From: Orbicella franksi
Lineage: Eukaryota
Assembly (NCBI GenBank): GCA_964199315.1
Contig: OZ116699.1
Span: 32,116,001-32,180,000, forward strand
Direction: 5' to 3'
Length of the DNA: 64,000 nt
Shown here: one piece after another, positions 11,491 through 23,300 of the stretch
How the letters are laid out: every line of letters starts with the position of its first letter
How positions within the stretch are numbered: the stretch's first letter is position 1
Position numbers and translations under genes: made by a program
Notes under the pieces: model-generated
The model's database searches: none
The model's input: only the letters and a program-made list of their open reading frames with translations
What the model was told of the DNA's origin: nothing

Positions 11491-11656
11491 TTCAGAGTAA
11501 TACAACAGAGGGCTTTCCATTTTAAATACAATTCTCCTATTCTTGTGGCTGTTGTTATGTCTCTCTCTCTGGATCTTCAATGTTCTCCTAAGACCCATTC
11601 AAGTGGAGTTGAAATATTCCATGAACCCCATATTATGTTGACACAAATAAAAAATT

Positions 11657-11750
11657 GGGGATGGACCATTTGACTTTTGAGGGGGTGGGGGGAGGGGGTG
11701 CTGGCTGTACCGAATCATCCACACCCCTCAAAAGTCAAATGGACCACCTT
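11657..11750. mobile_element. Minimal (~94 bp) hairpin MITE
   Basis: Inverted repeat CCATTTGACTTTTGAGGGG / CCCCTCAAAAGTCAAATGG; same termini as the 14654-14982 element. Confidence 0.65.
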
Positions 11751-11858
11751 ACACCCCTCGTTGTAGTTAACCACCTTCAGTTATTGTTCATTTTAAGTGT
11801 GACATGAATTGAACTTTGCCCATGAGTTTTGTAATTGGTGACTTTGTTGTTGTTGCAG

Positions 11859-14186
11859 ATGAGCTTGTTCACGTTCTTCTCAGCAGTATGCGTGGTCCTG
11901 CAGATGATTGGCACAATTCTGACAGGAGATGCTGGAGAGCTGTTGAAGTCACTTGTTATGTGTGAAAAAGGCATCTCTGGACAGACCTGCAAATGCTGTG
12001 ACTCAATTATGGCATGTAGGCAGAGTGTGGGTGTAATAGAGTTTGAAGACGTGGAGGACTGTAGTATCGTAACAGGCTTGCTCACTGGTTTAATGTATGG
12101 GCTTTGCGTTCTAACCATATTTGGAAGCTTGCTGTGTTTTATTGCAACTATACTAGGATGTACTGCAGTTGCATGTGAAACAAGCAGAAATCAGGTACTA
12201 GTTTCTTAGTCTAGTTCAAAAGTGCAAAGTCTTACCTATGCATTGTTTAGAGTGGGTCCTAAGTTTCTGAGAGGGGCAATGTGCACAAAGATAAGAAAAA
12301 CAAAACTCCCTTTAATTTGACTATATTTGTATTACATGTATACATATTTGTATTACATATTATTATGAAATATGTTTGTAAGTACCTACAATTTTGAATG
12401 TGACAATAATAATAATAATAATAATGATAATAATAGTAATAACTAACTGCAAAAAATAGATCAGCTGAAGTTAAATATTAAGACAGCTGGTATAAACCTA
12501 TCCTACGATAACCCAAACAAGCCTTTTGTACAAATATAAGCCCTGGGTTCATGTAAAGATAGTGTAACAACCAAAAACAAAAACAAAAATCCTAAATCAT
12601 GTTCATAGGGCTGTTTGTCTGGGTAAGAGCTTGTTGCATGGCTGTTTTTGTTGTGGAAAGAATTTTTGTGTTTCATAGCATTTGTATTAAATAGATCTTT
12701 TGAGAAAACTTTTAGCCGCCTTATTATTAGAATGCTGCATGCCGGTGAAACTTCCTTCTCATAAGGACATGAAAGAAAACAATATTTCCCGTTTAAATGC
12801 AAAAAAATGTCTACCGAATAGAGCCTATAACTAAAAAAATGTCTTTCTTAAGACTTTAATCTAAATGCAGGGCTATGACCTTGATGCTCATATGTGGCGG
12901 AAGTTTATTACTATTGGACGGAAAGGGGTCTGGGATTCGGGTGCTTATTTCAAGTGCTGGGGCTTATCTTTGAGAGCTTATGCTGCATCTATGGATTCGT
13001 TCCTTTCTTTCCCTCTTTTTAGGGGCTTTGTGGCCGCCATAGCTCCAGAAGGTCGCATCCTGGAAACCAAGAGTGCTACACGTGGGCACCATATCCCACA
13101 GACCTGACCATACTGCCACCATACGCACCTCCAGTATATCACTCAGTTGAAAACTTTCAGGATTATGGCATATCATCGTGTATAGTGCCACCACCGGTGT
13201 TTGATCCCACAGACTTGCCTCCCCCTTACTCATCACAGAACCCATCCATGACAGAGTCTCAATACTCTTTGTCTTCTCCTGAGTCTTCAAACAGTCAAAC
13301 TCATTTTACTGCTTGTCAAGATACTGAGGTTCACTTGCAGGCTGAAAATCATGATCAAGATCTTGAATTGCAAGCCCCTCCGTCCACCACCTGTGGTACC
13401 CCTAGTGGGGGTATGTACCTGGAAAGTGACAGTCCTTCATGGGACGCCCATTCTAACTCTGCTGTGGGCAGTATAGACCTTCTCTCAGCCAGTGGTTCAT
13501 CTGACTTGTCGTCTAACTCTAATGACAGAGTCTCTTCTGCTCGAGAACGCCTCCAAACAGATATCACTGACTCACATGATCACAGCATGGTTATAAGTAG
13601 AGCCATTCCTTTAAAAGTACATCGCCCAACGTGCTCTACGTCCAGAATACAAGCCGAATTGTCTGAACTGGTTAAAGCTTCCACAGGTTCGAGGAAGAGA
13701 ACATCGTCACTTGGATTAATACAAGAGGTAGCAACAAGAGACATAGTGAATACCCGTCCTGTTAGGACAACCTCTGGCTCTCCCGCCAGAGGGACCACCA
13801 TCCTATCTCTCCGTACACGGAGTAGATCTTTGGGGGAAAGCTCCATCTATGTAAATTCATTTGAGGTTATTAGACCTCCTCCTAACATGCGAGTGCCAGC
13901 TGATGAACCGCACAAGCCTTCCAGTACAGATAGTTACTTCAACACAAGAAACTCCCATCATCGTTTAGGAAGAGGAACTACACACAAAGGCGAAGCGCTA
14001 ATAGCTCTGCAGGGCAGCAGACACAGTGAACAAAGGAGAGAGAGAAGTAAACATAGGCGAAGAAGGCACGTACACAATATTCCTAAACACAAGGGAAAAA
14101 GGTATCTTAACTGTGAATTGGTAGACTCGCCACAGAATTGTGGCCCTGAATCGTCAGTGACACAGGGCAAGGAAACGATAGTATAA
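11859..14186 (+). CDS. ENTREP: ENTREP/FAM189-like four-TM (CD20-like) protein with PPxY motifs, last two coding exons (11859-12194, 13023-14186); 5' exons not located
   Basis: Exon 11859-12194 (AG/GT, phase 0-0): MSLFTFFSAVCVVLQMIGTILT..C...CKCC...C..LMYGLCVLTIFGSLLCFIATILGC, two TMs around a Cys loop, recalling FAM189B (ISFFSLLSVLCVMLSMAGS..). It splices in frame to 13023 (tttttAG|GGG CTT), which is open to TAA at 14186. That exon is Ser-rich and low complexity, with LPPY/PPVY (13128-13139) and PPPY (13218-13229). Confidence 0.8.
12405..12442. repeat. (AAT)n microsatellite, intronic
   Basis: aataataataataataataatgataataatagtaataac. Confidence 0.9.
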
Positions 14187-14653
14187 ATGAACACAGCGGC
14201 GGGTGAGTTTTTATCCCGCAATTTCCCATCTCTTACATTGACTGAGAAAGAAATAAAGTCCGTCTTTTGTTGCTCTGGAACTGTAGTTTCAGCAGTTTTT
14301 TTTTCCTTTGTGAATAACGAGATATCTGTATTGAACAAATTTTCGGTAGAACTGAAAGTTCCTTGCACCTCAAAGGGTGCTTCAGTAGATTTTTTATTAC
14401 ATTAGTAATATATAATATAAATATACATATATATATCTATACATAAACAAAATATAAAGAGATCACAGCTGAAGAAAGCCAGAAAAAGAGAATGGCTTGG
14501 CTTTTTTCGCATGTATAGCATGTTTGCAACATGTTTGCACGTGATTTTGTGTTTTTCCTGGTCTGCAAAAGACTCTAAACGTCTTCACATCGTATTCAAT
14601 TCAATACTCCAGTCAGGGAACTACTGTAATTAGACAGCCTGGCTTCCTTAATG

Positions 14654-14982
14654 AAGGGTTGTCCATTTGACTTTTGAGGGGGGAGTGGGTGATTTGGTAC
14701 AGGTGCGAATTTTTGTTAACACTTTGATACACTACAAAATTTTTTCCCGGGACGAGTTGAAATTTTTTCTTCGCGTAACGTTTTGTGTTTTTTGCTCACT
14801 GAATGTGCATGAATGTTGTTGTTGATTTCTTTTCTTGGGGGGTTGGGGGGGGGGGTGCAACAGTTGTGTGCATGAATTTGAATTTTTGGTCTAAGTATGC
14901 TTGCAGGGTTTTTTTTTTTCAAAATCCTCCACCCCTTCCCTCCTTCCCCACCCCACCCCTCAAAAGTTAAATTGTCCACCCG
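14654..14982. mobile_element. MITE (~330 bp), same family as 11657-11750
   Basis: GTCCATTTGACTTTTGAGGGG near 14661 and CCCCTCAAAAGTTAAATTG near 14957; no clean TSD. Confidence 0.6.
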
Positions 14983-15297
14983 TAAAAAGTGCAAGCAATT
15001 TGGCGTGTACAGATATTGCTTCGTGTTATTTTGGTTGGACAAGGAGAATTGGAAACTTGTGGGTAGTTCGAGGAGGATATCCGGTAGTTCCCCAGACTGG
15101 AGTGAATAGAATCGTACCAATTATTTAACACATTCTGATTTCTTAATTAAAAATATTTGAGTTACCGTCGTTTATATTTTGTTCCGAAAATGTTAATCTG
15201 CTTGACAAGCTTAAGAGCCAGTTGTTCAAAGAGTAACACTATCCACTGGATAAATGACTATGCAGTAGAGAAGTGTTAACAACAAAAAAAAAATCTA

Positions 15298-15789
15298 GAG
15301 GCCCCACTGGGGGAATATGAGGGTCCCGCATCCCGTTAATGTTTCGCCCAAATATACCAGATCGCGTTGATTCCAGTTGCAAACAAAAATAAACGATTTT
15401 CCCACTCGATATTCCGTTTTATACCATGCTATACAGGCAAAGGAAATACAGCCAATCAGAATACAGGATAGCCGTTGTATAATCGACGGTATTAATACAC
15501 CCAACCTTCCCATCATGCGCCATGCGTGTGTCGCAATGATTCTGTTGGCCACTGTATTTTATATGGCATGGTATAAAATAGTTATACAACGCTCTCTCGT
15601 ATACCAAGAAAATACAAGTGACTCGTGAGATTTTCCAGGGTATACCACTCGAAAGCATTACATAACCAGTGTTTATCTCATCCAAATACATGTATCCCAT
15701 AGCCTATTATTTTTTTGTCCAAAAGATACCGTGTCCCGTTCAATTTTTGCCTGAATATCTCGTATCCCGAAAACCCCTAATTGGGCCTC
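15298..15789. mobile_element. MITE-like element with ATCCCG subrepeats, probably carrying a nested repeat (~15415-15665)
   Basis: Imperfect TIR GAGGCCCCACTGGGGG / CCCCTAATTGGGCCTC; tcccg motifs near both ends; internal inverted ATACCATGC / GCATGGTAT; TSD not evident. Confidence 0.45.
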
Positions 15790-16259
15790 AATCTGCGCTA
15801 CACTGAATGGTGATTTCTCCGGCGGATAGTATAAATCATACTTTGAAAAGGTGGGGGCAAGGTGTACCTGAATCAATGTAAAATATGGTAGTTGAGTAGT
15901 TCTGATGTAAGACTTTTATCGAAAGTGCCAGGGCATCGAATGTCTTTGAAAAGGGTGAATTGTTCGTCGCTTAAAACCGAATGATAAGCAGAAGATTCAT
16001 CTATTTATAGTGACTGCTGTCGTTAAAATATTGGTCCAGTTGGACTTTAATTTGTGAGTTATGTCATGTTATTGTCAAGGTGATTCTCTCGTTATAGGGC
16101 GGCGAGAAAGTTACATTCCCTTGTATTTTTACCTTAAAGTATACAAGCAACAGAAACAAGTTTAAAACAAACGAACAAAGAAATTAGTACTTCATTGTAG
16201 TGCGTATTATTAACATAAAATCGAGCACCTGAACAAATTATACAGAAGTTTATGTATTA

Positions 16260-17056
16260 AGGTCCGGTAATACGGACAACATTTTTCTTCAACTTGTCTC
16301 GCAACATTGTTGCATTGCAAGTTGAAACCCTCTGTTGCGCGTATTACCACGTTTGTGACCAACTTGTCTCGCAGCAAAATACAGTATTGCAGGTTGAGGC
16401 AACATGTTGCACAAAGTAGACTCGAGTTCTGCTTTCTGCAACAAATTTTAGATTTGCTGCTTCGTATTACCACTGAAGCTACAACTTGTTTCGCAACAAA
16501 TTTGAATTCAACGCTTGTAATTGGCTGTCACGAAGCGCGGGAAATAAAAAAAAACATGGCGGATGGTGAAGACGAGCCTGAATTCGAAGTAGACCAGTAA
16601 CTCTCAGAAAGTCATAAATTTGCCCTGTACAAAGACCTCGAGGGCTATCATAGTCTTATTCCGGACACCTCGTTTGTCCCTTCAAAACAAGCAACAGAAA
16701 AGGCAAAACGCTTGGAAGAACTGTCGCAAAAGTACAACTTTTCGCCTAGCTATCTGAAACGACACTGAGCTTCATGCTGAGAGAACTCCGCTGGCACTGA
16801 AAATTAAGAATAAAATGACGGCCAGAAGTCGAAGTGGAAGTTCGTCGAAACGCTAAATTATATGAAAGAAGGAGCCATCTTTATTTATACACGACTGACC
16901 AATTATACGTGTAGAATTCCGCAGACTTGCAACACTGTATTTTGCTGCGAGACAAGTTGGTCACAAACGTGGTAATACGTGCAACAGAGGGTTGCAACTT
17001 GCAATTCAACAATGTTGCGAGAAACGTTGAAGAAAAATGTTCGTATTACCGAACCT
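16260..17056. mobile_element. Non-autonomous PIF/Harbinger element (797 bp) with long TIRs
   Basis: TIR AGGTCCGGTAATACG / CGTATTACCGAACCT, with inverted similarity over ~130 bp; TTA TSD at 16257-16259 and 17057-17059. A 3-bp TWA TSD is typical of Harbinger. Confidence 0.85.
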
Positions 17057-19756
17057 TTACTAGCAAAAAATACGAAACATTAAAGAAGCATTGAAGGTTA
17101 CCGTTTGCTAATCGTTACATTTTCTTTAAATAAGATAATTAACTTTATTCTCTTTTGTATAAACTTATAAGACTTAAAAATATTAGATTAGACATGGTTT
17201 ACATTTCGTGTGAGTAGTTTTGAGGCCTACATATTGAGAACAATTGTTTTCATTTCTCTGTGTATTGAGCTCACAAAATAGCCACGCGTTCATCAGATAA
17301 CATGAAACCGGCCAAGTCATACTAAGTCGATGAAGCCGTTTCGGCCAGTCGGATGCAAAGTGCAAAGCATGCATGATACGTGTCATTCATTCAAGTCCTA
17401 CAACTGTACTGTGATTACGGAGAGCAATTCTACGGGCGTTTATATGACTTCGGCATTTGTTCTCCCCCGTGACACTAACGTCTAAGTTATACTGAGAAAA
17501 ATTGCCCTATCTGTTGCGCGAGGCAGTTGTTCTTACAAGATACAGGGAGACTACAGAAGACTTCTACTTTGCATGCATACAACTTGTCTCGTCTTGTTGT
17601 GACAGAAGGCCACAAAAGTTTTTCATCATGGAACTTCCTCTGCAATCTTTTTAGCCTTTCCGTGGCACGTTCCACGAATGTCTCCCAGAATTGAAAAGGA
17701 CGTGGGAAAATTAGTAAGGTTGATGGACAACATGTTCATACATTCAGGTTATTTCTGAAAGAGAAGCAAAACATAACCTTGCCTTGCATTTTTCTGATAT
17801 TAATCTCCTGCTTCTGGTATGTATTCTACGTGTTGTAACCCACTTTACAGGAAGATAGGCCACGTGACCGTCGGCCCTAGCAGAGCAGATGCTATTTAGA
17901 TTGCATGGTCACTTCTGTTTCTGTTGTTAAATACTAAATTAAAAATATCCGCCAGACGGTTAAGAGGGTCGGTTAAAAACAACAGGCGATTAGATAGATG
18001 ACAGTGTTTTTGGTGCGAATAATAAACGCCAACATAAAACTGATCAGAGCACGTGTCGTTCGCTTGGAGCCCACCCAACCGAGTAAACGTCAGGGCTGGA
18101 ACTTCTTGGATTCGCTTCAAAACCTTTACATTGACTGTCGGTGGACGTGAAACACGACGGCCAGGAGTTCAGCGCTGATAATCTCTACTCTCTTTGCGAC
18201 GCGTGATTTGGGTTATTTATCGCGAAGGGTGAAAAAATGTCTGTGATGCGTGATTCGTCAAGATCAATTGAACGTCACGAAGTCACCCAATGTGGGGGTA
18301 AACCACTACAACGATAGTTTTACGTAAAGAGACCGGTCTATTTTTTTCCTAGAACTGTAAGGCGATGAAGGGTTTCCTTTTTTTTCCTTTCACCAAAAAA
18401 TGAAAGCTATTGGTCTTTTTTCCGTTCTCGGTCTCCGAGGAAGCACAAAGCGTCACAAAACGTGACCCACTAACTAATCCCACCCAAAACCACAAAAGTG
18501 CAACTGGTGTCCACTAAGTAACATTCTTGCCCGCGTGAAGTCATTAACCTTATAATTCCAACGCGTATAGTTGCCGGCCTATACAGCTTAAGTAGCAGGC
18601 GTGATAATAGGAAATGGTTATTGGTACTTGTAGCCTTTGATATGCTTCTTTGTCTAAGCTCCTTTTGTTATCTTCAGTTGATTCAAAGGTGTAAACCAAT
18701 CTGCAAACTTGATCAGTTTTGGAAACACTGTAAGCTAGCCTGAAAGTATAATCAAATATTACAGATCTCGGGAAATACATGTTTGTAGATTCAATATTGA
18801 AAGTGTTTTGTAATGAGCACATTATAAGGCTTACTTACCGGAAATCGATGTTCACGTAATTAAAGGTTAAATCATGATGTTACCACAATTTTGAACGTTA
18901 CCACGCATTCCACAGATCAAACCGTCACACACTAAAACAAAAGCTTTTTCGACTCCCTACAATTGCACGTGACGCTTATGACGAAAACTGTGGAGATACA
19001 CAAAAAATGTTTAAGTGACGATACTGAGAGCGGACTAAACACTCCGCCGGCCTTAGCAGTCGTGATTTGTGCAGTGACATTGATAATTTTTTACACCATT
19101 TTCATTTCTAAACTCTTTATTTACCAGTAACTGGTATTACAAATATTCTTTCACACTTAGTTTGCAAGACGCTCCACTTGTTGACTCAAGAGAGCATTCC
19201 TCGGCCAAAACAATTCAGTGTTCGCATAACTGAAACTATATAAGTAGGTATTGTAACGACTGATTAATATATAACATTTTATGTACAGAAGGAAGCTTCG
19301 AGTGTATTCAACTTGGCTCGAGTTACTGTTAGAACCCACACACCCCGTAGATTTCTTAAGTCTTGCATTTTCTCTTGGTTTAAACCCATCATGTCGGAGT
19401 TGTCAGTCGGATACCGATCACTCGTTATTCAAAAGGAAATAAAGTGACACAGCTCATGGAACACATACAACAGTGGCACAATATCAAATACACTAAAGCC
19501 TTAAAATTTCAGATGTACACAGATTCAGTTTTGGTCAAGCACTTATCTGAAAATAAACCGCCCAAAACGTTTGGCCTCTGAACGTTTACAGAGCCTTATG
19601 GTACACCATGGATAGCGTCGTTTATTTTGTTGCCAGATCTTCTTAGAGTAGGCGACGAGTAACAGCGGCTTCAAGGTGCACTTTTACGCAAATTTTTCCT
19701 CATTCTCAAGGATGGGGGTGAAAATAGTTAAAAAAAAACAGCAAAGAAGGGGTAGA

Positions 19757-20359
19757 AGGGGTATCGAATGGTCCCAGTCAATTAAAAAAGTGCTCGCAAA
19801 ATTTTGTCTTTGCTCGAATTGCTCGCAAAAATAAGATGAGTGCTCGTTTGCTCGTGCTCGCAAAATTTTTGAACTACTCGAATGCTTGGATTCTTCTTAA
19901 AATGTGCTCGATTGCTGGAAATTTCGTGAATCCTTAGGGTTAGGGTTGGACTGGTAGCTTTTAGCTTCTTCTCGTGGTGTGTTCACAACGTCGGGTTATA
20001 GAAAGGTTTATATCTCCTTGAACGTCCACCCACTGACTCACGTGAAGCTACATCACGAAGTAACTTGGCATAAAACAAGGCATAACTGGCTGCTGATGTA
20101 AACTACTGAGAATGGTTGCCTACCTTTGCGCCTATTGTCCTATTTTGGAGGTGTCAGCCAAATTTCTTGGCGCAACGTGACAAATGAAAGAGAGATTTCA
20201 GCTGGCGGAAAGTTTACAAGGTGCTCGCTGCTCGCGTTCTGTATTTTCTAAAAGTGCTCGCTGCTCGCAGGACAAATTTGATCATACTGCTCCTGCTCGC
20301 AAAAATAAAGGCACTGCTCGCATGCTCACAAATGCTCTCAAAGACCGTTCGATACCCCT
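19757..20359. mobile_element. Unclassified non-autonomous TIR element with TGCTCG subrepeats and an apparent 6-bp TSD
   Basis: 17-bp TIR AGGGGTATCGAATGGTC / GACCGTTCGATACCCCT (1 mismatch); GGTAGA at 19751-19756 and 20360-20365; dense tgctcg(c) repeats in both subterminal regions. Confidence 0.65.
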
Positions 20360-23300
20360 GGTAGAAATTGCACTGGTTGCAGCAATCGAACTGTAGCTTT
20401 TTACGGCATATTTGAGAATAAAGAGCAGTGAATCGCACGGGTGTGACTTGTTTCTATACCGAATGGTACAAACTTTTCAGTTGATTTCCTCTTGGCGTAG
20501 CCGATTTGTGATAAGGCCTTCTACTGCCTTACCGTAGGTAACCATGGTAACCACCTGTCTATCAGTATTTACATGCAACAGTGAGAACTACCTGAAGTTG
20601 TAAGTAGTTAAGATGGATCCGCTCAAAGTTCGAGCAATGGGTGCAAAAATTATTTACTAAAAATCTACCCGTACACCACAGTACGGTAACTTTGGGAATG
20701 CTATTTAAAGCAACTTACTTTTGTTCATTGCCCTAAGTGACCCCGCGATAAAATTCTCAAACGTTCTCGAGAAAGCCTTTAATGTCAAACCACGTCAGAA
20801 TGCTTAAAGCTTGTGTTATTGTGTTTTAACAAACGCGAAACGTCTGTTTTTATATGGATAACTTCAAGTTCAATTTCCCCTCACGGGGTCAGCTTCTCGA
20901 TAAGTTCTTCTTAATTGTATTCAAAATATTACCATGCCATGAGGTTTTTTTGGTAACTTCATTTTTGCCATTATTGCTCGAATGTTCTGCGGAAATCACC
21001 TTAATATTTCTGTACAGTAAAACAGACTGCCCCACTTGCAAATGATGGAATAGCTATGAACACAATCAGCATATTGAGGCTTGGATTAGTAAACGAAAGA
21101 CTGGATCAGATCATTTGCATAGAGACTGGCGTAAATAAAGGTGCTTTGTAACCTGTTCGTGGGTTGCGCCTTTGGTGGTGGGACGCCTGTTCTAGGCGTT
21201 CAATTCGGTTAACTGACTGACTGCTTGGACAGGCTGAAACGCCAATTACCACTATCTAGCCCTGCGTTACGTCAGTTGGGTCACGTTTTGGTTTTGGATT
21301 TAAGTCAACTGCTGAAGCCTAGTTCTGTCTGTTCTAATCTATTCTTTAGTGGTCTCCGAAGAGTTTTTATCCGCTGTATCAGATTCCGACCTTCACGCGA
21401 CCAACAAGTTCCCTTAGGCTCATGAAAGTTTTTTTTTCCCACACCAAAAACCTATTATCACAGGCCCATCTAAAACAAACATTAGCCACACCTTGCTGGA
21501 TGTATCTTTAGTTGCCATTTTTTTCGATAATAAGTAAGTTACGTTTAAGAATGGTCTATATAGATCTTTACAAGCGTCACATGCATGTTTGTTTGACGAT
21601 CTGAATATAGTGATTAACTAGATTCTCTTGCTAGATAGTTGAACTATTTCAACCGTGTTAAATCGTTGGTATGTTGTTTCTAAGTGTAATAATAAATGCC
21701 TATCTATAAACGTACAATCCCTATTCGTGTTAATGATCGGCGTAGAAGAGGAAAACAATTTTATTTATTTGTTCCTTTGGGTCCCGCCCTTACTGGGGGT
21801 TTCTCCATTGTATTGGTGATAGGAGTTCCGAATGGTTTTGATAACAACAATTATAGGTTTTGCTAGAAAAGCTATTACAGTTCCATACTTTTAAAGCTCC
21901 AAGATCCAACTTGAATAAAATTCTTCCATCGACGATTCAGTCATTTCATTTCCGTCACATGTATACGTACGGCCTGAGACAAACAAGAGAAACAAGATGA
22001 TGCCAAGTTCAGCGGTGACATCCACTGTATAAAAGTAATCAGGAAAAGTATCTCAAAAACAGTGCAAATCAGTTTGCGTAAAGTTTCACTGGCATAGTTA
22101 CAGTATCATGACAATCTGATAGTTTATTTTTTTTGTTATTTTGGAACAGCTTAGAATGATATGGTGACAGTTCATGTCAAGCCTATGTATTTATTTATAT
22201 CTTTATATATTTTAATTCACAAGGGTTTCCCATCACTGTAAATATTACTATGTTACACGGTATTACTATGTTACACCTTTATCTTGCAACATGGTCAAGT
22301 TTGTTTGCACTGCTAAACAGAAACTTTATTTTCAATTCATTTATGTGTCTTCAGTCAGATTAACTGTTTTACGAATAAATAAATAAATACCTTGTTTGTC
22401 ACATCCTCTAAGAATCGAAGAGGCGGCCGTGGGATTTTAGAAGATAAAAAACTTTAAACATTCAAAATCTCTTCTCTTTGAACAATAACTGATATCAGGG
22501 ACCGTATGTGCAGTGGTACTAATTCGCAAAGCAAAGTTGACCAGAAATCTTTTTCCCAGGCACTGATTCGTTCCTCGAAAAAAAAAGGACAAACACTTTG
22601 ATATGACATAATTTATTTGCCTCACAAACGAACGTAATAAAATAGTCTCTCAAGGTCTTGGCGTATTTCCGGCTTTGCGGTGAAAGACGTGACTAGAATA
22701 CCTGCGTTGTTTCCGTTTCGCTCAACACCTTGGTTATGGTAGTTTCCGCTTATTGATAAGGCTTCTTGGGAGTGGCTATGTTAAATGTTGTGTCATCGCT
22801 ATACAACATAGCAAAAATTGGCGCAAGAAAGCTACATACCAAAGAAAGGCTAGGTGGAAAACGCGGGGCCGGGGTTGAAAATAACAATTGATTGAAATAA
22901 AAGAGCTTTTACCGTTTGATCTGACTGGTCTTGAAATGAAGCGCATGAATTGCACGGCAGTACTCAAAGCCGACATTCTTTTCATGCCACCTCATGATCA
23001 TGTGGTGTCAAAAGGGATTACGCGGTTAATATTATTGCTTTGTTTATTTTTCTGTTGTTTTCATCGTAAAATTCACGGCACCTACTCTTTATTTTTGACG
23101 TGATCTTTGAACATGTTGTTTGTGTTTCTTGTCAAGAAAACCTTTGGTATTCAGGCAAACAAAGGGAAAACTGCAGCCTCATCAAAAATGTTGTCGGCCC
23201 TCAAACATTGATTTTGGATGTAAAAAGGTCCAAGTTTATTTCAATTTACTTCCTGATAGGATTATTGTCTTGAACATTATAATACCATGTAATATAAAGT

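Noticed and set aside
11068-11531. ORFs of 72-147 aa
   Set aside because: They lie within the SINE and MITE; not genes.
12964-14405. Minus-strand and overlapping ORFs (108, 70, 88, 136 aa)
   Set aside because: Shadows of the 1164-nt terminal exon on the plus strand.
19933-19947. Telomeric TTAGGG repeat
   Set aside because: Only ~2.3 units, inside a MITE; not evidence of an interstitial telomere.
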